Virus record (IMG/VR): IMGVR_UViG_2531839420_000002
Coordinates: 3,685 to 67,684 of that record
DNA: 64,000 nt
Strand: one strand, 5' to 3'
Source: a virus
Shown here in pieces: positions 35,823 to 44,824 of this stretch. Each line of letters begins with the position of its first letter. The stretch's first letter is position 1. Both the position numbers and the translations under genes were made by a program. The notes beneath the pieces are model-generated. The model had not been told where the DNA came from. It did no database searches and was given only the letters and a program-made list of their open reading frames with translations.

Positions 35823-36608
35823 ATGCAGGTCTATCGCGCATCCACCCCTGTTACCGTCACTTTTCCGCTCGACGGCTTGGCGCCGATCGCGGCCGAATAT
35901 GAAGTCCGCAACGAGGAGGGCGAGATCGTCGTCCCCTCCGAGTCTCTGACGATCTCCGACGGCCAGCAGGCGGTGGCTGTCGCGATAGCGCCTGTCGCCA
36001 ACTCGTTGCCGATCGACTCGGTTCGCGCTATGCGGGTCGTGAAGCTGACGCTGGTCACAGCCGTCGGCTCGATCGAAAGGGTCGAGCGATATATTGTCGA
36101 GGCGGCGCAGACGCTCGTGATCATGGAGAACACCTATCAGACTTTTGAGAGCGCCCTGCTCGAAGCGATCGAGATGCCGACGCTAAAGGCGTGGCCAACG
36201 AAGGCTGAAGGACCGCGGCGAGCGGCTCTGGTCGAGGCATTTCACCGGCTCGGCAAGCTGAAGTATCGTGTCGTGAAGGGCGGCTACACCGAGGACGAAC
36301 TGTCTCGGTTAGAACCCGTCAGAACGCAGTTCATCAACGACTTGAACGAGCGGTCGCTGAGCGAGTTCCTGAGCTTCCCGTCCAGGTTCCGTCAGGCACT
36401 TCGACGCGCCCAAATCGCCGAGGCCGACATCGTTTTGGAGGGCGATATCATCGGTGATCGCCGGCGTGACGGACTCTTGTCAGAGTCGATTGGCGAAAGC
36501 TCGATGATGTTCCGTTCGGGCAAGCCGGTGATCCTGCCGGTCAGCAATCAAGCTCTTCGCTATTTGCAAGGCTACGTCTCTCACTCTGTCAGCTTGACCA
36601 GATCATGA
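35823..36608 (+). CDS. Head-tail connector / head completion protein
   Basis: Position; LV.MENTYQT..A..A.EM..W..AL.EA..R; C-terminal ESIGESS.MFR. Confidence 0.6.
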   Translation: MQVYRASTPVTVTFPLDGLAPIAAEYEVRNEEGEIVVPSESLTISDGQQAVAVAIAPVANSLPIDSVRAMRVVKLTLVTAVGSIERVERYIVEAAQTLVIMENTYQTFESALLEAIEMPTLKAWPTKAEGPRRAALVEAFHRLGKLKYRVVKGGYTEDELSRLEPVRTQFINDLNERSLSEFLSFPSRFRQALRRAQIAEADIVLEGDIIGDRRRDGLLSESIGESSMMFRSGKPVILPVSNQALRYLQGYVSHSVSLTRS

Positions 36609-37372
36609 TCGAAAGCGCCAAACAGCGCTGGTTCGATGCCGAGAGGGCGGGGGAGCGCTACGCTTCCTTGGCCCATGGCATGAACGGGCTTTACGCCGAG
36701 GCTTTGGGCAGCGTCGATCCGACCTCGCCCAAAGCGCGCTCTGACCTTCGTATCGCCATTTACCAGCTTGCCCAGAGCTTCGTCGCTGGCGAACAGGCCT
36801 TCATTGACGATGGGCTCACGGTCGCCGCTCACCAGGGACTCGCTGACGCCCTGGAAGCGCTGGGGTTGGGTGAGACTACTGCCCCTGATCTTCCAGAGCC
36901 CGTCAGCGAGCTTCTGAGCGCGACCGGGGAGCATCTGCGCGCTGAAATCGTGATGCAGATCGAGCGTGACGTTCTGGCCGTCGAGAAGCGGCTGCGCGAT
37001 CTCGCGCTCAAGGTCAACGTGATGACTCGGGCCAGTGACATCTCGAAGCGGGCTGCGATTATTCGTGCCCAGATCAAGGATCGCGGCAGTGTCGAATTCT
37101 CCTTCGTGGATCGCGCCGGCCGCCGATGGCCCAGTCAGCGCTATATCTCGACCGTTTGGCGTCAGCACCTTCTGAATGTTCACGTTGAGACGACCCTTCA
37201 TGTCTTCGCTGAGCGCGGGGCGCAGGCGGTCGAAGTGGTTCATCCCGATCCTAAGAGCGCCAAAAATGGTCTGATGTTCGGTCTTGTCGGACAGCATGAT
37301 CTGCCCGGTCTCGATGAGATCCGCGACGATGTTTTCCATCCGAATTCGCAGGTCTGGTTACGTCCTTTATAA
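36605..37372 (+). CDS. Minor head / morphogenesis protein
   Basis: Position; F.DRAGRRW..Y pattern and C-terminal FHPNS seen in minor capsid proteins. Confidence 0.5.
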   Translation: MIESAKQRWFDAERAGERYASLAHGMNGLYAEALGSVDPTSPKARSDLRIAIYQLAQSFVAGEQAFIDDGLTVAAHQGLADALEALGLGETTAPDLPEPVSELLSATGEHLRAEIVMQIERDVLAVEKRLRDLALKVNVMTRASDISKRAAIIRAQIKDRGSVEFSFVDRAGRRWPSQRYISTVWRQHLLNVHVETTLHVFAERGAQAVEVVHPDPKSAKNGLMFGLVGQHDLPGLDEIRDDVFHPNSQVWLRPL

Positions 37373-37421
37373 AGTCAGCTTTGACTTTATAAAGCCTTCG
37401 ATGGCTGATATAATCGAAGCC

Positions 37422-37775
37422 ATGACTATGCTGCCGCATCTCGACTGCACCATCGCCAAACGGGCGGGCAACGACCGTCACGGTCAGCCCGTCTATGGCG
37501 AGATTTTGCCCGCGCATGTTGGCGTCGTGAAGTTTGATGTCGGGGCTGACAAGACCTCTGTGCGTTCTGACTCGTCGGCGTCGCGCGGCAAGGGTGACGA
37601 GCCCCAGGCCGACGCTCGGCTGCTGTTCCCGGCCTGGGGCGTGCAGCCGAGCGTCGGCGACATCGTGGAGCTTCAGGGTGCCCGGTTGCGGGTTCAGACG
37701 GTGAACCCCCGGCTCGCCGTGCTCGGGCGTCTCGATCATTGGCAGGTGGACTGCGTGATTGCGGGGGCCGGCTGA
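37422..37775 (+). CDS. Head-tail adaptor/stopper (gp16-like)
   Basis: About 117 aa beta-rich protein; P.VGDIVE..G..RV..V..DHWQV. Confidence 0.65.
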   Translation: MTMLPHLDCTIAKRAGNDRHGQPVYGEILPAHVGVVKFDVGADKTSVRSDSSASRGKGDEPQADARLLFPAWGVQPSVGDIVELQGARLRVQTVNPRLAVLGRLDHWQVDCVIAGAG

Positions 37776-38272
37776 TGGGCGGCAGCGTCACCGGCTTCGA
37801 GCAGGTCAAGCTGATGCTGATGCAGGGCGGCGAGCGCGCCACCCAGGCGGCGCGTCGGCAGATGAAGAAGGAAGCCAAGAAGATCAAGGATCTGTCGGTG
37901 CTGAACTGCCCGGTGGACAAGCACAATCTTGAAAAGGCCCATCATCTGGTTGAAGAGCGCGTTGGCGTTGGTGGGCGCAAACGCTTCTACGTGGTGGTCG
38001 GTGGCACGGTCGATGGTGTGAATGTGGACCAGTATGCCATGCGAGTTCACGAGGAGCATGGGCCGAGACCCGACGGTTTTGGCGTCGGGCCGGGGACGAT
38101 CGCCAAGGCAAAGGCGTTGAACCGCTTTGTTGGTCGGAAGTTCCTCGAACGCGCCTACGACGAACGGGCGCCGCATATCACCAATGAGCTGATCCAGGCC
38201 GTCTCGAACGCGATCGAAAGCCGCGGCGTCGGGGCGTTCGAGGGTGCTGATGGCGATTGGAGCGAAGAATGA
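37775..38272 (+). CDS. HK97 gp10-like tail completion protein
   Basis: PVDKHNL..YA..VHE..KFLERA. Confidence 0.7.
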   Translation: MGGSVTGFEQVKLMLMQGGERATQAARRQMKKEAKKIKDLSVLNCPVDKHNLEKAHHLVEERVGVGGRKRFYVVVGGTVDGVNVDQYAMRVHEEHGPRPDGFGVGPGTIAKAKALNRFVGRKFLERAYDERAPHITNELIQAVSNAIESRGVGAFEGADGDWSEE

Positions 38273-38646
38273 AGATTGACGATCTGGCGGATCGCCTTGG
38301 TGAGAAGGGCGTTGGTGTGGTCGGTGTGGACGTTTTCACCCACTACATGCCCGACACTTGTGAGGCCGGCGTTTTGCTGCTGCTTGGCGACGATCCGATT
38401 GACGCTGAAATTGGCAGCTATCGACCCAATGCCAAATTCCAGGCGGTGGTCAGACATAGCCAGTATCCCGCCGGGTTTGCCCTGGCGGACAAGGTGATCG
38501 ACGCCTTAACCATCATGGAAGAGAAGACGGCTGGCATGTTCATCAACTTCTGTCGCCCTCGGCATGAGCCCGTCGTCTTCCCCAGATCGACCGGCAACTT
38601 GCTCGAATGGTCGATCAATTTCGACGCCAACTACGTCAAGCTGTAA
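38269..38646 (+). CDS. Tail terminator / minor capsid-type neck protein
   Basis: Position before tail tube; FQ.VVR..Y..G..A..V..AL..WSINF. Confidence 0.65.
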   Translation: MKIDDLADRLGEKGVGVVGVDVFTHYMPDTCEAGVLLLLGDDPIDAEIGSYRPNAKFQAVVRHSQYPAGFALADKVIDALTIMEEKTAGMFINFCRPRHEPVVFPRSTGNLLEWSINFDANYVKL

Positions 38647-38659
38647 GGAGAGAGTAACG

Positions 38660-39190
38660 ATGGCGAGCGATACCAAAAACGTCAAACTGGGGGTGTGCAA
38701 GATCACCTTCGGCGGCACCGACCTGGGTTACACCAAGGGCGGTGTTGAGGTGGAAGTGACCACCGAGGTTCATAAGGTGACGATTGACCAGTTCGGCACC
38801 ACCAGTGTCGCCGACCTGATCCAGGGTCGGAACATCAAGGTGAAGGTGCCCCTGGCTGAGACCACCCTGGAGAACCTGGTGAAGATCATGCCGGGCGCGA
38901 CCCTGGTGACGGACGGGACGACCCCGACCAAGAAGCGGGTGGATGTGCAGACCGGCATCGGCATCAATCTGCTGGATGTCGCCCAGGAGATGATCCTGCA
39001 TCCGGTCTCGAAGGCCGACGCTGACGTGAGCGAGGACTTCATCATCCCGAAAGCGGCCACCGCCGGCGCCCTGAACTTCGCCTACAAGGTGGACCAGGAG
39101 CGCATCTTCAACACCGAGTTCAGCGGCTACCCGGACCCGGAAACCAAGGTTCTGTTCAAGGTCGGCGACAAGACCGCTGTCGCTGCGTAA
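38660..39190 (+). CDS. Major tail (tube) protein
   Basis: NVKLGVCKITFGG.DLGYTKGGVEVEV..DQFG..RIFNTEF.GYPD. Confidence 0.85.
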   Translation: MASDTKNVKLGVCKITFGGTDLGYTKGGVEVEVTTEVHKVTIDQFGTTSVADLIQGRNIKVKVPLAETTLENLVKIMPGATLVTDGTTPTKKRVDVQTGIGINLLDVAQEMILHPVSKADADVSEDFIIPKAATAGALNFAYKVDQERIFNTEFSGYPDPETKVLFKVGDKTAVAA

Positions 39191-39261
39191 TTCGTCAAGT
39201 CAGCGCTGATTTGTCTGTGCGGCGGATCAGCGCTGACCAACCACAAGCCAGGAAGATAGAC

Positions 39262-39570
39262 ATGACCAAGATGCTGAACCTTGACGCCGTGAAGCCCAAA
39301 ACCGAACGGGTGCTGAAGCTGAAGGGCCAGGAACACGCCCAGGCGCCGCTGAGCGTCGGCGATTTCATCGACAACGCGCGGGCGTCGCGGCGCCTGGCTG
39401 AAAAGCCCGATCTGGTCGAAGAGTTCGAGTTGGTGCTCGGCATGGTCGGCCGGTCGTTCCCGACGGTCCCGGAAACCGATCTGCGTGCCCTGACCTTTGA
39501 GCAGCTCTCGACGATCCTGAGTTGGTCGCAGACCGACGAGAGCGCGGAGGACGCCGAGGGAAAGGAGTAA
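39262..39570 (+). CDS. Tail assembly chaperone (gpG-like)
   Basis: Between tube and tape measure; ends GAG GGA AAG GAG TAA. Confidence 0.8.
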   Translation: MTKMLNLDAVKPKTERVLKLKGQEHAQAPLSVGDFIDNARASRRLAEKPDLVEEFELVLGMVGRSFPTVPETDLRALTFEQLSTILSWSQTDESAEDAEGKE

Positions 39571-39887
39571 GCGGCGAGGAGGAAGGTGACGAAGTCGAGG
39601 AGATCGACTTCGCCTTCTTCTTTTGCCGCGTGATGCACCACTACCGGATGAACTACGACGAGCTTTTGGCGCTGCCTGTTGAGGTCTTCTGGGAGCTGAA
39701 CAAGAACGTGAACCGCATTCAGGCCGAGAAGGATCTGAGGGCGACACAGGTGGCCCAGGCCGGACAGTTGACCGGCGAGGGCGTCAAGACGTTCGAGGAC
39801 TCTCTGCGCCGCGAGATGGGCAGGGTGGTCGTTGAAAAGCCGAAGTTGGACAGGGCCGCGTTGAGCGATCTTCTCGCGTCCTTGTAG
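39558..39887 (+). CDS. Tail assembly chaperone gpT-like extension via -1 frameshift
   Basis: Slippery GGGAAAG at 39558-39564 opens the -1 frame (..GKGVSGEEE..IDFAFFFCRVMHHY..). Confidence 0.8.
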   Translation, partial: GKGVSGEEEGDEVEEIDFAFFFCRVMHHYRMNYDELLALPVEVFWELNKNVNRIQAEKDLRATQVAQAGQLTGEGVKTFEDSLRREMGRVVVEKPKLDRAALSDLLASL

Positions 39888-39917
39888 GTAAGTCAAACTT
39901 GACTTTATAGGTGGGCG

Positions 39918-42900
39918 ATGCGCGCAGGTGTTATTCGGGTCGAACTGGAGCTGGAGAACGGCGAATTCACGCACCGGCTGGTAAAGGCCGGCACGGATCT
40001 CAATGCGCTTCAGAACCAGCTTGGCTCGACCATCGTCGCCGTCAAGCGCATGGACAGCGCCAGCCTTGGCCTGGGCCGGACCCTGCACGACTTCGTGACC
40101 ACGGTCGGCCTGGCCAAGGCTGCTATGAGCAACCTCTGGGGCGCCAGTGGCGGCTGGATCTCTAACATCGTCAAGACCAACGGCGAGTTGGAGCGAATGC
40201 AGATGCTCATGAAGGGCATGAGCACCGCCGCAACCACCGCCGGGCGAACCTCCGAGGCGAAAGAAAACGTCTCTTGGTTGATGAGCTATGCCAAGGAGGC
40301 GCCGTTTAGCCTGAGCGCGCTGAATGACACCTTTGTCAAGTTCGCCACCGGCGGACTCGACAATACCAGATCGAAGATGCGGGCGCTGGTCGATGCCACC
40401 GCGGCGTTTGGTGGCACCGAAGATCAGCTCCATCGTGCAGCCATCGCCATTCAGCAGATGGCTGGTAAGGGCGTGATCTCGATGGAAGAGCTGCGGCAGC
40501 AGCTCGGTGAAGCCGTGCCCACGGCAATGAAGGCGATGGCCATCGGCTCGGGCGTTTCAATGGCTGAGCTGGCCAAGACTGTTTCCAAGGGCGTTGTCGA
40601 GTCCAAGACGGCGATGGAGCGCATGTTCGCCACCATGCAGCTTCTCTATGGCGGCTCGGCCCAGGAAATGATGTCGAGCTTCACCGGCCTGCTGTCGCAG
40701 ATCGAAACCCGCTGGGTGACGCTACAGAAGACCATCGGCGACGGCGGCGGTGGTGAGAAAAATGGCTTCTACGCCACCGTCAAGCAGCAGCTCGTCGATA
40801 TTATCGCCTTGTCCGACGACCCTAGGGTTAATCGGATCGGTGACTCCTTCGGTGCCGGCCTGAAGGACACGATGCTTCAGGTTCGCAACATCGTCGTCGA
40901 GATGGCGAGTTGGCGCCAGGAGATCGGGGCTGTAGCGATGGCCCTTGGCGCTCTCGTCGCGGCGAATGTCGTCAGCAGCTTCCTGAACGGCATTCGGAAC
41001 ATGCTGGTCGCCGGCGTTATGGACTGGAAGGTCTATTCGGCGGGCGTCAAGACGGCCGCGGCCGACGTTGTTGCGGCGGCCGCGCTGATGCGTCAGGCGA
41101 CCACCGCAACTCAGGCGATGAGTATGGCCGTGACCGGCGCCGGCGCCGCGGTGACGATGTTCGGCCGTGCTCTGGGGATGCTCACCGGCCCCATCGGTAT
41201 CGCTTTGACCTTCCTGACGATCCTTGCCATTGAGCTGGATCTGTTCAAGAGCAAGACCGCCGCGGCTGCGGAGAGTTACGCGGCGTTCAAGCGTGGCATC
41301 TACGATCAGAAGCAAATCGAGACCGCGACGGAAGACATCAAGGCTCTTACCGACAAGATCGCCGAACTCGAAGACACGAAGAGAAGGAGACAGAAAGACT
41401 CTACCGATCCGAGCATGAGCGCTGTTCAGCGTCGCAACGCTCTCATCGCCGTCGCCGATCTCGAAGAGAAGATCGCCAAGAAGCGTCAGCAGATTGCTGA
41501 GCGCCAGGGTCTTCTCGACAGTGCCCTTAGCGAGCAGAGGGAAACCGAAGCTCGTCAGGTGGCGACGCGCAATCTTGCTCGATTGAACCAGGAAGTTGCC
41601 AGCCGCAAAGCGGTCAACGACAAGGAAATCAACGATCGGTTCGAGCAGTTTCAGAAGGAATACGATGCTCTCGGCAACAACGAGGCTGCGAAGCTAAAGC
41701 TGCGCGACAAGTTCTTTGCCGAAAATCACGCGCGCGCCGACCAGTATTACGGCGATGTGATCGCGATGGCCCAGAAAGAGGTCGATATCTGGCGCCAGAA
41801 GGCGGCGGCCGGCGGCGATCAGGGTCAGATTGCTCAGGCTCGCGAGAGCTTGAAGTTGGCCGAAGAGCGTCTCGAAACGCTTCGGGCCGAGCGCCGTTTG
41901 CAGCAGGAACAGAACTTCAAGGCGCTCAAGCTCAATACCGACAAGAACGACCCGGCGGCCGAAAAGGCAAAGACGCAGTTCGATCAGCTCAAGACGGCGA
42001 TCGTCAACGCTCAGGGCGCGCTCGCGAGCATTCATGCTCAGATGAAAGGCGGCAACGCTGATCTGGCGAAGTTCGACGCAAAGATCGACGCCGGTCAGTT
42101 TTCCGAAGCCCTGAAGAGCCTCCCGGAGGCCCAGAAAGCCTACGCCAAGCTGCGCGAGATCATCAAGCAGACCGGCGAGGCCAAGCTGGAGCTGGAGAAC
42201 CAACAGGCTCGCGAGAAGATCGACAACATCTTCAGGTCGATGGACGACTCGATCGCCAAATCGAGCGAGCGTCTGGAGGAGTTCAAGCGCGAGCTGACGG
42301 ACGACACCGCGGCGCGGTTCGGCGGCGAATACGCCAATGCGATGGCTCAGATCGAGAAGAAGGCCAGGGATGTCGCCGAGACTGAGAAGGCGACCGCCGA
42401 GGATCGCATTCGGGCCGAAGAAAAGGTCGCCGCTGCCAAGCAGGGCTGGATCAATCAGTATGCCGCCAGTCAGGCGTTGAAGTGGCGCGAGGCGAACCAG
42501 CAGGAAGAGCTGGAGTTGGCCAAGACCGAAGACGCCAAGCGGGCAATTCGCGAGAAGCACGCGCAGATCGAGATCGAGCGCATTCGCACTCTCGCCGACT
42601 CCTATGCCAAGAGCGAGAACGGCAAGGTCGAAATCACCGAAGCTGCGGCGAAGCGCATTGAGGCGATCCAGGCCCAGTTGGCCGAGGCCAACAAGGGGCC
42701 GATCCGTCGGATGTTCGATAGCTGGAGCGATTACACGGCGCGCATGGAGGAGGCCGGCGCTCGCTGGATCGACGGGTTCACCGACAAATTGGTGGATTTC
42801 GCGGTAACGGGCAAGGCCACATTTGCTGACTTCGCCGAGTCGATCCTCCGCGACATTCTGAAGATGCAGTATCAGGCCGCCATCGCTCAGGCCAGCAGCG

Positions 42901-43388
42901 GATGGCTTGGGAACGCACTGAGCGGGCTCGGGAGCGCCATTGGTGGCTTCCTGGGTGGCGGCAGCACTCCATCAAGTGGTCTTGGGGATTATGGGTCCGT
43001 TGGTGGCGGATCAATGGTCGCCCAGGCTCACACCGGCGGCATTGTTGGTGCGGACGGGCTCGCTATGCGGCGGGTTGATCCTTCGTGGTTTGAAAGCGCG
43101 CCGAAATTCCATACCGGCGGCGTCGTTCGCGGGCTCAAGAACGATGAGGTGCCGGCTGTCCTGCGCAAGGGCGAAGGCGTCTTCACCGAAGAGCAGATGA
43201 AGGCGCTCGGCCGCGATCGCGGCGGCGCCAACGTCCAGATCAACGTCATCAATCAGACCGGTCAGGGCGTCACTGCCGAGCAGGGACAGCCGCGCTTCGA
43301 CGGCGAGCAGATGGTGCTCGACATCGTGCTACGCGCGGCGTCGCGCCCCGGCGCGTTTCGCGATGGGATGAAAGGAGCCATGTCGTGA
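39918..43388 (+). CDS. Tape measure protein
   Basis: 1156 aa; tape-measure domain (APFSL.AL..F..EELRQQLGEA.P); Ala-rich helical repeats; C-terminal FHTGG..EVPAVL..GE. Confidence 0.95.
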   Translation: MRAGVIRVELELENGEFTHRLVKAGTDLNALQNQLGSTIVAVKRMDSASLGLGRTLHDFVTTVGLAKAAMSNLWGASGGWISNIVKTNGELERMQMLMKGMSTAATTAGRTSEAKENVSWLMSYAKEAPFSLSALNDTFVKFATGGLDNTRSKMRALVDATAAFGGTEDQLHRAAIAIQQMAGKGVISMEELRQQLGEAVPTAMKAMAIGSGVSMAELAKTVSKGVVESKTAMERMFATMQLLYGGSAQEMMSSFTGLLSQIETRWVTLQKTIGDGGGGEKNGFYATVKQQLVDIIALSDDPRVNRIGDSFGAGLKDTMLQVRNIVVEMASWRQEIGAVAMALGALVAANVVSSFLNGIRNMLVAGVMDWKVYSAGVKTAAADVVAAAALMRQATTATQAMSMAVTGAGAAVTMFGRALGMLTGPIGIALTFLTILAIELDLFKSKTAAAAESYAAFKRGIYDQKQIETATEDIKALTDKIAELEDTKRRRQKDSTDPSMSAVQRRNALIAVADLEEKIAKKRQQIAERQGLLDSALSEQRETEARQVATRNLARLNQEVASRKAVNDKEINDRFEQFQKEYDALGNNEAAKLKLRDKFFAENHARADQYYGDVIAMAQKEVDIWRQKAAAGGDQGQIAQARESLKLAEERLETLRAERRLQQEQNFKALKLNTDKNDPAAEKAKTQFDQLKTAIVNAQGALASIHAQMKGGNADLAKFDAKIDAGQFSEALKSLPEAQKAYAKLREIIKQTGEAKLELENQQAREKIDNIFRSMDDSIAKSSERLEEFKRELTDDTAARFGGEYANAMAQIEKKARDVAETEKATAEDRIRAEEKVAAAKQGWINQYAASQALKWREANQQEELELAKTEDAKRAIREKHAQIEIERIRTLADSYAKSENGKVEITEAAAKRIEAIQAQLAEANKGPIRRMFDSWSDYTARMEEAGARWIDGFTDKLVDFAVTGKATFADFAESILRDILKMQYQAAIAQASSGWLGNALSGLGSAIGGFLGGGSTPSSGLGDYGSVGGGSMVAQAHTGGIVGADGLAMRRVDPSWFESAPKFHTGGVVRGLKNDEVPAVLRKGEGVFTEEQMKALGRDRGGANVQINVINQTGQGVTAEQGQPRFDGEQMVLDIVLRAASRPGAFRDGMKGAMS

Positions 43389-43768
43389 CGGTTCGCAGCT
43401 TTCCGGCCATCTCTGGCCGTGATCAGAAATACTACAACGAAAAATTGGACAATCCCGCCGCTGGATCGAAATCCGAAGGTGGTTACGAGTTCACCAGGCC
43501 GAAGTTCACCCGGCGCCCGCGTCGCACGTTCGCTGACGGTTACACGGCTATCAGCCAGGCTGAAAAGACCAGTCTGGAGCAGTTCTGGAACGACGTGCGC
43601 GGCAGCTCTGACATTTTCCTGTGGACGAGCCCTATTACCGGCGAGTCGGTTCAGGTTCGCTTTGTTCTCGGGAAGACCTTGGACTTCAAGTATTCGCACT
43701 TCCAGAAGACGCTCGATGATGAGCCGGATCATCGCTGGGATGTGAGCTTCGAGGTGAGGGAGGCATAA
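43385..43768 (+). CDS. Distal tail protein (lambda gpM-like)
   Basis: Position after TMP; R.PRR.F..F.WTSP..VRF. Confidence 0.7.
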   Translation: MTVRSFPAISGRDQKYYNEKLDNPAAGSKSEGGYEFTRPKFTRRPRRTFADGYTAISQAEKTSLEQFWNDVRGSSDIFLWTSPITGESVQVRFVLGKTLDFKYSHFQKTLDDEPDHRWDVSFEVREA

Positions 43769-44389
43769 ATGGCTCGCCATCTCTCTGTCGGAACCGTCAT
43801 TGAGAAGAACAGAATTGCCTCGAACGTCGCCTTCGTCATTTTGATCGAGGTCGAGGTGAAGGATAGCTTCGGGAACCTGGTTGAAATACTCAGAATGGCC
43901 AGGAACAACGAACCAATCATCTTTCAGGACAATGAGTATGTTGCGGCAAATTTCGAGTTGAGCTTGAAGGAGCAGGCTGGCTCGATCCCAGAGATCCAGG
44001 TTGTCGCCCAGGATCATACCTTGGCGATCCAGCAGCGGATGCAGGAATATGGCGGGGGCGTCGGGTTCGGCATCAGGATGATCGTCGTCAACACGGGCAA
44101 TCTCAGTCAACCGCCCGAAATCGTCGAGACCTTCAAGGTCATTCGGGCCAGCGCTCGCGGCTATGTTGTGACTTTCGGGCTCGGCGCAGAGAACCCCCTG
44201 TCGATGCGTTTCCCGCGCCGTCGGCAGATGCGTGATCGCTGCTCTTGGCGCTTCGGAAGCGCCGAGTGCGGCTATGTCGGCGATCTTCGCTCGTGCGATC
44301 TTTCTCTTCAGGGGCCGAACGGGTGCGCGGCTCACGGGAACACCCGGCGCTTTGGCGGCTTCCCTGGTCTTTCTGTGGGTAAAAGATAA
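43769..44389 (+). CDS. Minor tail protein (lambda gpL-like, C-terminal Fe-S Cys cluster)
   Basis: CSW.F.SAECGY..CD.SL..GC..HGN..RFGGFPG. Confidence 0.85.
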   Translation: MARHLSVGTVIEKNRIASNVAFVILIEVEVKDSFGNLVEILRMARNNEPIIFQDNEYVAANFELSLKEQAGSIPEIQVVAQDHTLAIQQRMQEYGGGVGFGIRMIVVNTGNLSQPPEIVETFKVIRASARGYVVTFGLGAENPLSMRFPRRRQMRDRCSWRFGSAECGYVGDLRSCDLSLQGPNGCAAHGNTRRFGGFPGLSVGKR

Positions 44390-44401
44390 AGTCAACGCTG
44401 A

Positions 44402-44824
44402 ATGGTGCAAACTCACAAGGATGTGGTAGAATTGATCGGTATCGCGTTCCGTTACGGCGGGCGCGGGCCCGAAGACTACGACTGTTGGGGCCTGTTGATG
44501 GAGCTGTGTCGCCGGGATAATAAAGTCATCCCTGACTTTCGCAGCACTTCCAATATAGCGAAGATCGCCAGGATCATGGCGACCAACAGGCACCAGTGGC
44601 GACAGATCGAGCTTCGGCCAGGCTGCGGGCTCTGGTTTCGGGTCCGGGGGTTCGCGTCGCACGTCGGCTACTACCTGGGGAACGACAAGTTCGTTCACAC
44701 CTGGGAGGAGTCAGGCGGCGTTGTGGTTGAGCGGCTGAGCCAGTGGGAACACCGTCTGATTGGGGCCTTTGAGTATGTCGGAGACGAAGCAGATCCAGCC
44801 GCTTTACGCCCTGGCGAACCCTGA
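44402..44824 (+). CDS. NlpC/P60 tail assembly protein (gpK C-terminal-like, no JAB domain)
   Basis: GI.FRYGGR..DCWGL..HVGYYLG..FVH. Confidence 0.88.
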   Translation: MVQTHKDVVELIGIAFRYGGRGPEDYDCWGLLMELCRRDNKVIPDFRSTSNIAKIARIMATNRHQWRQIELRPGCGLWFRVRGFASHVGYYLGNDKFVHTWEESGGVVVERLSQWEHRLIGAFEYVGDEADPAALRPGEP

